Source: Gemmatimonas sp.
GTDB lineage: Bacteria > Gemmatimonadota > Gemmatimonadetes > Gemmatimonadales > Gemmatimonadaceae
Length of the DNA: 64,000 nt
Direction: 5' to 3'
NCBI GenBank assembly: GCA_965279375.1
Contig: OZ257156.1
Location: 288,001-352,000, forward strand
A model generated the notes under the pieces. It made no database searches, was not told the DNA's origin, and saw only the letters and a program-made list of their open reading frames with translations. The position numbers and the translations under genes were made by a program. This document shows positions 20,209-30,313 of the stretch, one piece after another (position 1 is the first letter of the stretch; each line of letters opens with the position of its first letter).

Positions 20209-23200
20209 TCAGTCACCAACGCCCGGGACCGGCATTTCGAACGTCTTGAACTGACCCGTATGCGGCGGCGTCAGCCCCACCCGCTTCGAGAAGCTCGACC
20301 GCATGTTGTCGAAGATCTCGTAGAAGGTCGGGATGACCAGCAGCGTCAGGATCGTGGAGGTGATCACGCCGCCGATCACGGCGACGCCGAGCGGTGCGCG
20401 GAACTGCGCCCCTTCACCGCGACCCAGCGCCACCGGAATCATGCCGGCGATAAGTGCAAACGTGGTCATCAGGATGGGACGCAAGCGAATTGCACCCGCC
20501 TCGATGAGCGCCTCACGCAGCGGCATGCCGTTCTTCTCGCGCGCCCACTTGGCGAAGTCGATGAGCAGAATGGCGTTCTTGGCCACGATGCCGCACAACA
20601 GGATGACACCGATCAAGCTCATGATGTTGATCGTGTTGCCCGTGATGGCCAACGCACCCATGACACCGATCAACGACAGCGGCAGCGAGATCAGGATCGC
20701 GATCGGATCGAGGAACGAGCCGAACTGCAGCACGAGAATGAGATACATGAGCCCCACGGCGACGCCGAGCGCAATGAACACGCTCGAGAACACCTCCGCC
20801 TGCTGCTCGGCCTGACCGCCCGTGGAAAGCGTCACGCCCGGCGGCATGGCGATCTTGGCGGTCTTGGCGTTGATCTCGTTCATCACTTCCGTGAGCGAAC
20901 GTCCCGCGATGTTGCCTTGCACCTTGATCACGTTGCTGCGGTCAAGATGATTCACGATCGCCGGGCCGAGCTGGTTCTTGATCCGCGCCACCTGTTGGAG
21001 CGGAATCAGCTGTGCGTTCGGTCCAGAGCCGATGGCGATCGGGAGTTGCGAGAGATCGCTTCCACGCGCACGCGCTTCCGGCGACAGACGCACCATCACC
21101 TTGCGCGTCTGGTTGGACGGATCCACCCAGTCGCCCGCGTCGAGACCGGCGAACGCCGGACGAATCGCCTGCGCCACCTGCCCCACGCTCAGACCAAGCG
21201 CGCCAGCCAAGCCGCGATCGACTGAGACGGTGAACTCAGGCTTCTGTCCCTTGGTGCTCAACCCGATGTCAACCGCGCCCGGCGTGGACTTGAGCGCTTC
21301 CTTGTACTGGTCGGCCACGATCTGCAACGCGGCCTTGTCGTTGCCGCGAAGCTCGAGCGAAATCTGCTTTTCCTGGCCAGCGAAGTCGTTGGTGAACACG
21401 GCGACGTCTGCACCGCCGATCCCCTTCACGTCTTCACGCATCTGCGCTGCGAGATCTTCCGCGCCGCGCTGACCGAGCTTCAGGCGATCGCCCTTCGTGC
21501 TCAGCTTGACGTAGATGCCCGCCTTGTCCACGGCGCCGCTCGCACCACCGGCGGTGACGAACGTGTACTTCACCTCCGGATACTTCGACACGATGCGCAA
21601 CGTCTCGCCAACCTTCTGACGCAGATAGTCGACGTTGGCGCCCGGCGGCGTCTCCACGCTCAGCTGTACTTCCGCGTTGTCTTCGAGCGGGAAGAAACCG
21701 CCACCAACCAATCCCGTCGCCGGAAGCGCCAGCGCGCCGACGAAGCTCGCGATGGCCAACGCCACCATGGCGGCGCGATGATCGAGCGCCCAGCCGATCA
21801 CCTTGCGATAACCGTTGGCGAGTCCGTTGAACCAGTGATTGAACTTGTCGAGCTGCTTGGTGATCCACGACTTCTCGTGCTCTTCGAGATGCGGATCGGC
21901 CCAGTAGGCCGACAACATCGGGTCGAGCGAGAAGGACACGAACAGCGACACCAGCACCGAGCACGCGATGGTCAGTGCGAACGGCTTGAACCACTGCCCC
22001 GACTCGCCCTGCAGAAACGCGATCGGCACGAACACCGCGATGATCGAGAACGTCGTCGCCGCGACGGCAAGACCGATCTCATCGGTGCCTTCACGCGCGG
22101 CGGTGTAGTGGTCTTTCCCCATTTCCACGTGTCGCACGATGTTCTCGCGTACCACGATCGCGTCGTCGATCAGAATACCGATCGCCAGCGAGAGGCCGAG
22201 CAGCGACATCGTGTTGAGCGTGAAGCCAAACGCCCACACCGCGACAAAGCTCGCCAGCACCGACACGGGCAGCGCGAGACCGGTAATCACCGTCGAGCGC
22301 CACGAGTTGAGGAACAGGAACACCACCAGCACGGTGAGCAGCGCGCCTTCGATCAGCGCGCTCTGCACGTTGTCCACCGAGTTGGTGACGCGCTCGCCCT
22401 TGTCCTTCACCATGTCGAGCTGCGCGCCCTTGGGCAGCGTCGGGCGCAGCGCCTCGACCTTCTTGAACACGGCCTTGGCGACGGCTGTCGTCGAGTAGCC
22501 CTTGGTCTTCTTGATCTCGATACCGACGGCGTCCTTGCCGTTGTAAAGCGCCACGGTGCGCTGCTCTTCCGTGCCGTCCACCGCAGTGGCCACGTCGCCT
22601 AACCGCACGACGCGATTGCCCTTTTCGGCCACGACGAGCTGCATGAAATCCTGCGGCGAATCCAGACGACCCGACAGGCGAATCGTCCGCTCGTCGAGTG
22701 CACCATTCACGCGACCCACCGGCACCGCGAGATTGCCCGTCTGCAGCGCACCCACCACCTGCGGCACGCTCACGCCAGCGGCTTGCAAGCGCGCCGGATC
22801 CAGATTGACCGTCAGCTCACGCTTCACCGAGCCCGTCACGCTCACGTCGGCCACGCCCGGAATCGAGCGCAACTCACGCGTGATGCCCGGATCGGCGATC
22901 TGCGTGAGCAGCGCCGGCGACAGCGACGTGCTGAACAGCGACAGCGTCACGATCGGCGCATCGGTCGGGCTGAACTTCTTGAGAATCGGCTCTTCGATTT
23001 CCTGCGGCAGGTCCTGACGCTTGATGCTGATCGCGTCACGGATGTCCTGTGTGGCTTCCTGCAGATCCTTCGAAAAGACGAACTGCGTGGTGATCTGGGC
23101 GAAGCCGTCGCGCGCTTCGCCGTTGATCGACTTGACGCCGGAGATGGCCTGAATCGCCTCCTCCACCGGCTCGAGCACTTCCCGCTCCACCTGCTCGGGA

Positions 23201-23364
23201 GACGCGCCCGGATACACGATCGTGGTCAGGACGATCGGCGGCTGCACTTCGGGGAATTCGTCCGTCTGCAACTGCAGCAAGGAGACGACGCCCGCCGCGG
23301 CCAGCGTCAGCATCGCCACTACCGTGACGAGCGGACGTTTGATCGCGAAGTCTGAGATGAACAT
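20209..23364 (-). CDS. RND efflux permease (AcrB family)
   Basis: MFISDFAIKRP, GILIDDAIVVRENI, KNAILLIDF, RLRPILMTT. Confidence 0.95.
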   Translation of the reverse strand: MFISDFAIKRPLVTVVAMLTLAAAGVVSLLQLQTDEFPEVQPPIVLTTIVYPGASPEQVEREVLEPVEEAIQAISGVKSINGEARDGFAQITTQFVFSKDLQEATQDIRDAISIKRQDLPQEIEEPILKKFSPTDAPIVTLSLFSTSLSPALLTQIADPGITRELRSIPGVADVSVTGSVKRELTVNLDPARLQAAGVSVPQVVGALQTGNLAVPVGRVNGALDERTIRLSGRLDSPQDFMQLVVAEKGNRVVRLGDVATAVDGTEEQRTVALYNGKDAVGIEIKKTKGYSTTAVAKAVFKKVEALRPTLPKGAQLDMVKDKGERVTNSVDNVQSALIEGALLTVLVVFLFLNSWRSTVITGLALPVSVLASFVAVWAFGFTLNTMSLLGLSLAIGILIDDAIVVRENIVRHVEMGKDHYTAAREGTDEIGLAVAATTFSIIAVFVPIAFLQGESGQWFKPFALTIACSVLVSLFVSFSLDPMLSAYWADPHLEEHEKSWITKQLDKFNHWFNGLANGYRKVIGWALDHRAAMVALAIASFVGALALPATGLVGGGFFPLEDNAEVQLSVETPPGANVDYLRQKVGETLRIVSKYPEVKYTFVTAGGASGAVDKAGIYVKLSTKGDRLKLGQRGAEDLAAQMREDVKGIGGADVAVFTNDFAGQEKQISLELRGNDKAALQIVADQYKEALKSTPGAVDIGLSTKGQKPEFTVSVDRGLAGALGLSVGQVAQAIRPAFAGLDAGDWVDPSNQTRKVMVRLSPEARARGSDLSQLPIAIGSGPNAQLIPLQQVARIKNQLGPAIVNHLDRSNVIKVQGNIAGRSLTEVMNEINAKTAKIAMPPGVTLSTGGQAEQQAEVFSSVFIALGVAVGLMYLILVLQFGSFLDPIAILISLPLSLIGVMGALAITGNTINIMSLIGVILLCGIVAKNAILLIDFAKWAREKNGMPLREALIEAGAIRLRPILMTTFALIAGMIPVALGRGEGAQFRAPLGVAVIGGVITSTILTLLVIPTFYEIFDNMRSSFSKRVGLTPPHTGQFKTFEMPVPGVGD

Positions 23365-23386
23365 GCGTGGTGCCTCTGCTGAGGGA

Positions 23387-24571
23387 TCAGTTCTTCTTCG
23401 CGGACGGCGTCGGCGCGGACGGCGCAGACGACGCAGGAGCGGACGACGAAGGCGCGGCGGCATCCACCGGCGCCGACACAACCACCGAGGTACCCAGCGA
23501 GATGCCGCGCGCTGCACCCAGCAGCACCGTGTCACCCGCCGCCACACCCGTCTTCACTTCGAACGCACCGGCCGCCTCATCACGCACACCGAGCGTCACT
23601 TCCACACGCTCCACCTTGCCACCCTTCAGCCGCACGAGATACGGACGCACCACGGTCTGGTCGATGGCCTCTTCCGGCACCATCACGCCCACGCGCTTCT
23701 CCGTCGACACGCGCCCTTCCACGAACAGCCCTGACACCAACTGTCCCTTCTCGTTCGGCACACTGGCCAGCAAACGCACCTGACGACTCGTCGGATCCAC
23801 CGACGGCGCGACTCGCGTCACCTTCCCTTCCAGCACGCGGTCAGCGCCGTTCACCGTGAAGAGCACGCTGGAGCCCACCCTCACATCGCCCAACGCCGTC
23901 GTCGGCACCGATGCTTCCAGGCGCAGACTGCGCGGATCGATCACGGTAAACAGCGCGCCGCCCGGCGACACGATGTCACCGGGGCTGACCGAGCGCTCCG
24001 AGACGATGCCCGAGAACGGCGCGCGAATGGTCGCATTCCGCAGGTTCTTCTCGGCAGCGTCGAGGCGTGCCTTCGCGTCGGCCAGCGCGGCCTGCGTGCC
24101 GAGGTTCGCGTTGGTGGCGACCTCGACATCGCGATCTGCAATTGCGCCGGCAGCAGCGAGCGTCTTGCTGCGCTGCAGTTCGCGTGCAGACTGCTCGGCG
24201 GCCACCGTCACCTGCGTGAGCGTCGACTTGGCCGAGAGCACAGCCCCGCGAATGCTCGAGTCGTCGATGCGTGCCAGCACCGTCCCCTCGCTCACACGCT
24301 CGCCGGCTTCGGCGTAGGTCTGCAGCACGGCACCCGACATCTCGGCGCGAATGCGTGCTTCACGATCGGCGACGAGCGTTCCGGAAATCGCCGGGCCGCT
24401 GCGCAGCGTATCCATCTTCGCGACGGCAATGTTGTCCGGTCCGATCGTTTGCGACGTCGGTCCCGTGCTCGCGGTCGCGGCGTCACCCTTCTTGCCGCAC
24501 GCACTTGCTACCAGCGAAAGAGCCAGCAGCGTCGTCATTGGCGCCGCCACGCGGCGCGATATCGTCATCAT
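23387..24571 (-). CDS. RND periplasmic adaptor (MFP) lipoprotein
   Basis: Lipobox ASAC; IRAPFSGIV; lipoyl/hairpin pattern. Confidence 0.93.
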   Translation of the reverse strand: MMTISRRVAAPMTTLLALSLVASACGKKGDAATASTGPTSQTIGPDNIAVAKMDTLRSGPAISGTLVADREARIRAEMSGAVLQTYAEAGERVSEGTVLARIDDSSIRGAVLSAKSTLTQVTVAAEQSARELQRSKTLAAAGAIADRDVEVATNANLGTQAALADAKARLDAAEKNLRNATIRAPFSGIVSERSVSPGDIVSPGGALFTVIDPRSLRLEASVPTTALGDVRVGSSVLFTVNGADRVLEGKVTRVAPSVDPTSRQVRLLASVPNEKGQLVSGLFVEGRVSTEKRVGVMVPEEAIDQTVVRPYLVRLKGGKVERVEVTLGVRDEAAGAFEVKTGVAAGDTVLLGAARGISLGTSVVVSAPVDAAAPSSSAPASSAPSAPTPSAKKN

Positions 24572-26205
24572 GGGTTGGTACCCGGGTTCGTGGAGGATCC
24601 GTTGGATGACGCACCGCTCTGCGACGCGCCTTGCGTGCTACCCTGTGAAGCGCCAGCGAGCGGCAGATCGCGCAGCAACTGGAGCCGCACGCGTGCCACC
24701 TGCAGATTGCGCGCGGCCTGCGCGCGGTTCGCCAACGCCTGCTGCAACTGCACCCGCGTCTCGGAAAGTTCGAGCTGCGTGGAAATGCCTTCGCGGAATC
24801 GCACCTCCGCGATGTCGTACGAACGCGTCGCCTGTTCCGCCGTGCCGACGCTCGCCTGCCACGCCGCCTCGGCCTGCTCGAGCTGCGCCACCGTTTGCCG
24901 GGCATCGAGTGCCGCGCCTTCCTTCGTCTGCTGCAGGCGCAACTCGGCTTCCTTCACCGATGCTTCCGCCGCGAGCACTTCGCCCTTCACACGACCGCCC
25001 GTGAAGAACGGGAACGACACGCCCACGCCGGCGGTCCAGTTGGGGAAGAACTGATTGAGCGCACTCGGCAAACCATTGTCCGGGTACGCCAACCGCTGAT
25101 AGTTCGACGTCGCGGTGATCGTCGGCAGTCGCGACGCTCTCGTTGCCTTCAACTGTTGTTTGGCAACCTCCACACCCTTGAGCGCCTGGCGCACCGGTGC
25201 GCGCGTCGCAGAACCTGTATCGCTCGCCGCCAGCACGCGGCCGACCTCGGCGCGGACACTCGGGTCGATCGTGAGCACCTCGGCGGCATTCACATTCACC
25301 GTGGTGATGGGGGCCGTCGGTGCGTTGCTCGACGCGGGTGGGGCCGCTTCCACGATGCCATCCGTCAGCGCCAGCTCGCGGTCGAGCGGCAGGTTGAGCA
25401 GCTGATGCAGACGCACGTACGCGAGATCGCGATTCGTGCGCGACTGCAGCCACCCTGGCCGCTGATTGTCGCGCGTCACGCGGGCACGAATCAGCTCGAA
25501 CTCCGACGCTGATCCGACACTGCGCGTGAGCTGCACCTGCTTGAGCGTACGCTCCGACTGCACCAGCGACGACTCGGCGATCTGCACCAACCGATCCGCG
25601 AGCACCGCATCGTAGTAGGCCTGCGTGACGTCGAGCTGCACCTGCGCCTTGGCGCTGGTGATGCCGATCTCGGCCGACTCACGTCCGGCGACAGCCGCCT
25701 TGATGTTGGCCGACGCGCGACCGCCCGTGTACAGCGGCTGCGACGCGGTGATGGCGAACGTGGTGGTGTACGGCGACGCGAAGATCTTGGTGAGCGGATT
25801 GTCCGCGGTCGACGAGGAATCGCTTCCGCCGGAACCGCTTCCGCTGCTCGACTGACGCGAGATCGCCTGGAACTGGTTCTGCAGTGTCTTCTGCCAGTTC
25901 AGACTGGTGGCGAGCTGCGGCATCAGTGCGGAGCGTGCCTGGAACTGCTGGCCACGAGCGCGCTGGACGCCCGCCTGCGCGAGTCCCACCGTCTCGCTGG
26001 CACCGCCGGCGATCTTGAGGGCCTCGGTGAGCGACAGCGGGACCGCGCCCGCCTTCGTCGGGGAGGTCGGGGCAGCGGCAGGAGCCTGCGCCTGCAGCGA
26101 TGACTCGCGCAGAGGAAGGAGTGGCGCGGCCGAAGCGAGCGCCAATGCCATTGTGCCGTGCACGACGCGACGTGTTATGCCGTGTGTGCGAGAAGTGAAC
26201 ATCAT
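24568..26205 (-). CDS. TolC-family outer-membrane efflux protein
   Basis: LSLTEAL, QPLYTGG, FPFFTGG, RFREGISTQLE; operon position. Confidence 0.92.
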   Translation of the reverse strand: MMFTSRTHGITRRVVHGTMALALASAAPLLPLRESSLQAQAPAAAPTSPTKAGAVPLSLTEALKIAGGASETVGLAQAGVQRARGQQFQARSALMPQLATSLNWQKTLQNQFQAISRQSSSGSGSGGSDSSSTADNPLTKIFASPYTTTFAITASQPLYTGGRASANIKAAVAGRESAEIGITSAKAQVQLDVTQAYYDAVLADRLVQIAESSLVQSERTLKQVQLTRSVGSASEFELIRARVTRDNQRPGWLQSRTNRDLAYVRLHQLLNLPLDRELALTDGIVEAAPPASSNAPTAPITTVNVNAAEVLTIDPSVRAEVGRVLAASDTGSATRAPVRQALKGVEVAKQQLKATRASRLPTITATSNYQRLAYPDNGLPSALNQFFPNWTAGVGVSFPFFTGGRVKGEVLAAEASVKEAELRLQQTKEGAALDARQTVAQLEQAEAAWQASVGTAEQATRSYDIAEVRFREGISTQLELSETRVQLQQALANRAQAARNLQVARVRLQLLRDLPLAGASQGSTQGASQSGASSNGSSTNPGTNP

Positions 26206-26858
26206 TGGGAAGCGGTTGATGATGGAGTGGAAACTCGGGCGTCCGTTCGCAACGCGCGGGGCGTCGGTTCCGGGAGCGCGCCGAGGCCGCGCAAGAAAAT
26301 CCGTACGTAGGCGAGCAGCGTTTCGTCCTTCGGCTGCGTGAACATTTCCGGCATCAGATCACGGTTCATGGCGTCAGAGAACACCGCCCCCATGAGCATC
26401 GTGGCTGCGGCACCGACTTCGGACGGGCGGATCGCGTTGGTGTCGCTGATCCATCCGTTGCGCCGCATGTGGAGCACGTAGGCCCGCAACTGCCCGAGCG
26501 CGAGGTTCGGACCATGACCGGCACACGCCGCGGCATCGGGACGTTCCGCCGCGTCGCTCATGAGCTGCCGAACGAAGGCCCGTTTCCGCGAGATCTTTTC
26601 GTGTTGCGCCTGCGCCCAGTCGAAGAGCTCGGCCTCCGGATCGGCCGGGTCTACGGGGAGATGCTGATGGTCGTCCGCCACGGAGCCGATGATGGCCGCG
26701 TCGAGCAGCGCATCCTTGGATCCGAAATGCCGAAAGATCGTGACCTCGTTGACCCCAGCCTCCTCGGCGATGCGTCGCGTGGTCGCGCCGCGCCAGCCGT
26801 GCTGGGCATACACCCGGGTCGCGGCCTGCAAAATCCGATGATGATTGTCGTCTACCAT
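26202..26858 (-). CDS. TetR/AcrR-family regulator
   Basis: ILQAA...GATTRRIAEEAGVNEVTIFRHFGSKDAL HTH. Confidence 0.93.
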   Translation of the reverse strand: MVDDNHHRILQAATRVYAQHGWRGATTRRIAEEAGVNEVTIFRHFGSKDALLDAAIIGSVADDHQHLPVDPADPEAELFDWAQAQHEKISRKRAFVRQLMSDAAERPDAAACAGHGPNLALGQLRAYVLHMRRNGWISDTNAIRPSEVGAAATMLMGAVFSDAMNRDLMPEMFTQPKDETLLAYVRIFLRGLGALPEPTPRALRTDARVSTPSSTASQ

Positions 26859-26871
26859 GGGATGAGAAATA

Positions 26872-26911
26872 TGCAAGCACTTACTTACACGCAAGTGGTC
26901 ACTTGCTTGCA
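26872..26911. promoter_or_regulatory. Candidate TetR operator(s)
   Basis: Palindrome GCAAGTG-GT-CACTTGC (26891-26906) plus TGCAAGCA...TGCTTGCA inverted arms just upstream of tetR. Confidence 0.65.
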
Positions 26912-27007
26912 GCTCGCGTTTGGGTAGGAACGAAGCGCGCGGCCAAAAGTTTCGAAGGGTCCGGTTTCCGGGCTTGATCTGGCCCGGTCGGTGCGCAGAC
27001 TCCGGGG

Positions 27008-28009
27008 ATGACCATCCCATCCGAGATGCGTGCCGCGGTGATCCGTTCGGCGGGCGGCCCCGAGGTTCTGGCCATCGAAAGCCGCCCCGTCCCCACGCCC
27101 GGCTCCGGAGAGGTGCTGATCCGGGTGCATGGCTCGGCACTCAATCGCGCCGACCTGCTGCAGCGGGCGGGGCGCTACCCCGCCCCCGCCGGAGTGCCGG
27201 CGGACATCCCTGGTCTCGAGTTCGCGGGCGAGGTGGTCGCGCTGGGTCCAAACGCGGCCCTGTGGCCTGTTGGCGCGAGGGTGTGCGGGTTGGTGGGCGG
27301 CGGCGCGCACGCGGAGTATCTGGTGACGCACGAGCGCGCGGTGGCAGAGGTGCCCGCCGCGCTCGATTGGGCCGTCGCGGGCGCGTCACCCGAGGCATGC
27401 ATCACTGCCCACGACGCGCTGGTCACGCAGGCCGCGGTGCGCCCTGGCGAGACGGTGCTGATTCATGCCGTGGGGAGCGGCGTCGGGATGACCGCCGTGC
27501 AGATCGCGCGACAGCTGGGCGCGCGGGCATTTGGCACCGCGCGTGGCGCGGCCAAGCTCGACGCGGCGCGGGCGATCGGGATGGAGGAGGGCGCTCAGCC
27601 GGGGGAGCCGGGGTGGGTGGCGGCCGCCGCGAAGCGCTGGACCGGGGGCCGCGGATTCGATGTGGTGCTCGACCTCCTGGGCGGCGACTACATCCGCGAG
27701 AGTGTGGCCGCGATGGCGCCCAAGGGGCGACTGATCCTCATTGGCACGCTGGCAGGACTCGAGAGCACCCTCGACTTGCGCTTCATGCTGTCGCGTCGGT
27801 TAACCGTGCGTGGCACCGTGCTGCGCAGTCGTCCGCTGGAAGAGCGCATCGCGGCGACGCAGGGGTTCGCGCGCGAGGTGATGCCGTGGCTGGCGAGTGG
27901 CGCGGTGGTTACGCGTGTCGACGCGACGTTTCCGCTGGAGCGGATTGGCGAGGCGCACGCACTGATGGAGGGGAATACGACGACCGGGAAGATTGGGTTG
28001 ATGATGTAG
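27008..28009 (+). CDS. NAD(P)H-quinone oxidoreductase (PIG3-like MDR family)
   Basis: LNRADLLQR.G.YP, PGLEFAG, HAVGSGVG, LRSRP, GKI. Confidence 0.93.
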   Translation: MTIPSEMRAAVIRSAGGPEVLAIESRPVPTPGSGEVLIRVHGSALNRADLLQRAGRYPAPAGVPADIPGLEFAGEVVALGPNAALWPVGARVCGLVGGGAHAEYLVTHERAVAEVPAALDWAVAGASPEACITAHDALVTQAAVRPGETVLIHAVGSGVGMTAVQIARQLGARAFGTARGAAKLDAARAIGMEEGAQPGEPGWVAAAAKRWTGGRGFDVVLDLLGGDYIRESVAAMAPKGRLILIGTLAGLESTLDLRFMLSRRLTVRGTVLRSRPLEERIAATQGFAREVMPWLASGAVVTRVDATFPLERIGEAHALMEGNTTTGKIGLMM

Positions 28010-28255
28010 CAGAGGGGCGTGGTGGCTTCGGTTTTGCCGACGGTGGCAGTAGCGGGTGTGGATGCCGGATTCGGTGCGGACTTTGTGGCGAAGGGATCGG
28101 CTGTGCGGCTTAGTGAGCGTTAGCGCGCCGGTGCTCCGAGCATGTGCTCCGCGCGGGCGGCGAGCGCGTCACCGAGCCCGCACGAGCTGATCGGCGCGCG
28201 CACGCGACCGTCGTCGCCGGTCCCCACTAGCGGGAGAGGCGCGAGGCCCTCCGCA

Positions 28256-28284
28256 TTGGCCCCTTTCCCGCCCGACGGTAAATT
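28256..28284 (+). promoter_or_regulatory. Candidate sigma70 promoter of the TA pair
   Basis: TTGGCC-17 bp-TAAATT, followed by GGAGG SD and the DUF433 ATG. Confidence 0.5.
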
Positions 28285-28308
28285 CCGCTGACCACCTCGG
28301 AGGCGACG

Positions 28309-28536
28309 ATGAACTGGCGCGAGCACATCTGGATTGACGCAGAACGGATGCATGGGACCCCGTGTCTCCGGAACACTCGCATCCCCGTCTTCGTGGTCCT
28401 CGACAACCTCGCCGACGGCGAGACGGTCGACTCCATCCTCGCCAATTACCCGGGGCTGCGTCCGGAGCATGTCCCCGCCGCGTTGGCGTTCGCGGCCGAA
28501 CTCGCGCACGAGCGGATCGTCCCGATTCCGGCGTAG
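28309..28536 (+). CDS. DUF433 antitoxin-like protein
   Basis: HGTPCLRNTRIPV..VLDNLADGETVDSILANYPGL....V.AALAFA. Confidence 0.92.
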   Translation: MNWREHIWIDAERMHGTPCLRNTRIPVFVVLDNLADGETVDSILANYPGLRPEHVPAALAFAAELAHERIVPIPA

Positions 28537-28538
28537 CT

Positions 28539-28907
28539 ATGCGGGTCAAGCTCGACGAGAATCTGCCGCACGCGGCCCGGGAGCGATTGGTCGCCCTCGG
28601 CTGGGATGTCCACGACGTGTACGACGAGGGGTTGGCCGGCGCGCTCGACGCGGCGATTCAGGCCGCCTGCGAGGCCGAGGACCGGGTGCTGCTCACCCTC
28701 GATATGGACTTCGCTGACACGCGCCGGTACGATCCCAGTCGCTCTCCCGGCGTGATCGTGCTGCGTCCTCGCGATCAGTCGATTCGGTCGGTCCTGCACT
28801 GTCTCGACGCGGCGGTGCGGGCGCTGTCCGTCCAGCGCGTGCGCGCCTCGCTCTGGATCGTGGAACCGGAACGGCTACGCATTCGCGATCACCCGACCGG
28901 CGCCTAA
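28539..28907 (+). CDS. DUF5615 PIN-like (VapC45-like) toxin
   Basis: MRVKLDENLP, D..I, RVLLTLDMDF, GVIVLR; 2 bp after DUF433; TAA lies inside attC R''. Confidence 0.9.
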   Translation: MRVKLDENLPHAARERLVALGWDVHDVYDEGLAGALDAAIQAACEAEDRVLLTLDMDFADTRRYDPSRSPGVIVLRPRDQSIRSVLHCLDAAVRALSVQRVRASLWIVEPERLRIRDHPTGA

Positions 28908-29011
28908 CCTCGCGTTGCTCTTGACAGGGCCGCTATTGAGTGCTCCCTGTTGGCTGCGCTCACTGGTCGCGTTTGATTGTAGGGCCCTGCAAGAGAACGC
29001 AAGCGTTAGGC
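28902..29011 (+). mobile_element. Integron attC site 1
   Basis: GCCTAAC (R'') ... GTTAGGC (R'), 110 bp; arms gcgttGctcttgAcaggg / ccctgcaagagaacgc pair with two extrahelical bases. Confidence 0.88.
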
Positions 29012-29074
29012 GGCACAGCGAGATCGGTGTTTGGGAGTATCCGAAAAGCAATCGCAATCAGAAACGAGACCGCC

Positions 29075-29428
29075 ATGACGACAGCCGACCACGACGCCTA
29101 CATTGCCGCGGCGCCGGAGCCCTTTCGACCTGCGTTGCGGCTGTTGCGCACGCTGCTGGCCCGCGCCCTGCCGGAAGCGGAGGAGATCGTCGCGTACAAC
29201 ATGCCGGGATTCCGGATCGGCGGCTCGATCGTCGCGGGCTATGCGGCGTTCAGCAAACAATGCGGGCTCTATGTCCATCCAGGCGCGATCGCCGCACATG
29301 CGGAAGCAATCGCAGCCGCCGGCCTCAAGGCGACCAAGACCGGCGTCACCTTCTCGCCACGCAAACCGATTCCAGACGCCCTGGTCGAGCGGCTGGCGCA
29401 GGCGTCGCGAACGCACGCCGAGGCCTGA
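29075..29428 (+). CDS. DUF1801 (YdhG-like) protein
   Basis: DAYIAAAPE, LPEAEEIVAYNMPGF, GYAAFSKQCGLY, PIPDALVERL. Confidence 0.88.
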   Translation: MTTADHDAYIAAAPEPFRPALRLLRTLLARALPEAEEIVAYNMPGFRIGGSIVAGYAAFSKQCGLYVHPGAIAAHAEAIAAAGLKATKTGVTFSPRKPIPDALVERLAQASRTHAEA

Positions 29429-29499
29429 CCGTCTCCGGGCGGCGTCCCCGGGGTCGCATGAGCGTGCACGGGTTGTGGTGCGTCGCGAAAGGCAGAGTG

Positions 29500-29678
29500 T
29501 CTATGCGTGCCACATTGCACAGACGGGCGGAGCCACGACGCGGCGTCTTCCGGCCTTTCGAGACGTGGTGCAACCGGCGACGGCGCCACTCGACGCTGGG
29601 CTACGACAGTCCGGCCGAGTACGAAGCGCAGTGACCGAACGCCGCGTAGCTCCGTTCACTTAACCGTCCACTTTTTCG
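29500..29678 (+). pseudogene. IS3-family transposase 3' remnant with degenerate right end
   Basis: RAEPRRGVF..FETWCNRRRRHSTLGYDSPAEYE* matches the IS3 OrfB C-terminus; followed by TAACCGTCCACTTTT IRR-like sequence. Confidence 0.8.
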
Positions 29679-29713
29679 TCCTCTCCCACTCCGCGCACTC
29701 CGCGAGGCCCAGA

Positions 29714-30184
29714 ATGTCCGACGATCTCGTTATCTCGCCCAGCCAGTTTCTCAAGCACTGGCAGGGTCACCGTGGCCTGACCCGGAGAATCATCGCCGGC
29801 TTCCCAGATGATCAGCTCTTCACCTTTTCGTTGGGAGGGATGCGCACGTTCGGCGCCCTCGCCAATGAAATGCTCGGGATGGCGGTTCCGACCGTACACG
29901 GCATCATCACCAATAGCTGGAGCGCGTACGCCGAGGGCGCGGCGACCACCAAGGCTGAACTGCTGGCCCAGTGGGATGAGACCACGAAGCAGCTCGACAC
30001 AACGTTTTCGCAGATCCCGCCCGAACGATTCCAGGCAGTGATGACGGCTTTCGGTCAGTGGACAATGCCAGGCTACGACCTACTGCTCTACATCGTCGAC
30101 AACCAGATCCATCATCGCGGGCAGGGCTACGTGTACCTTCGCGCACTCGGCATCAAACCGCACCCGTTCTACGACCGGAGCTGA
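29714..30184 (+). CDS. DinB-family protein
   Basis: HRGLTRR....FP, MRTFGAL, DNQIHHRGQGYVYLRALG. Confidence 0.9.
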   Translation: MSDDLVISPSQFLKHWQGHRGLTRRIIAGFPDDQLFTFSLGGMRTFGALANEMLGMAVPTVHGIITNSWSAYAEGAATTKAELLAQWDETTKQLDTTFSQIPPERFQAVMTAFGQWTMPGYDLLLYIVDNQIHHRGQGYVYLRALGIKPHPFYDRS

Positions 30185-30313
30185 GTCGCACCTCCGCGAC
30201 CGGAGCGGGGTGGCGACGTGGGGCGGCCATGTGAACGCGACCTGGAGGCGACGCTCGTGTCTCCGTCGCGCGTCGCCACCGGTCGAGGCGCTCGACGGTC
30301 GGAGCGACGTGTC

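Noticed and set aside
28010..28230. GTTAGCG at ~28119 as an attI/attC site, and short ORFs nearby
   Set aside because: No matching complementary arms and no recognisable integrase motifs
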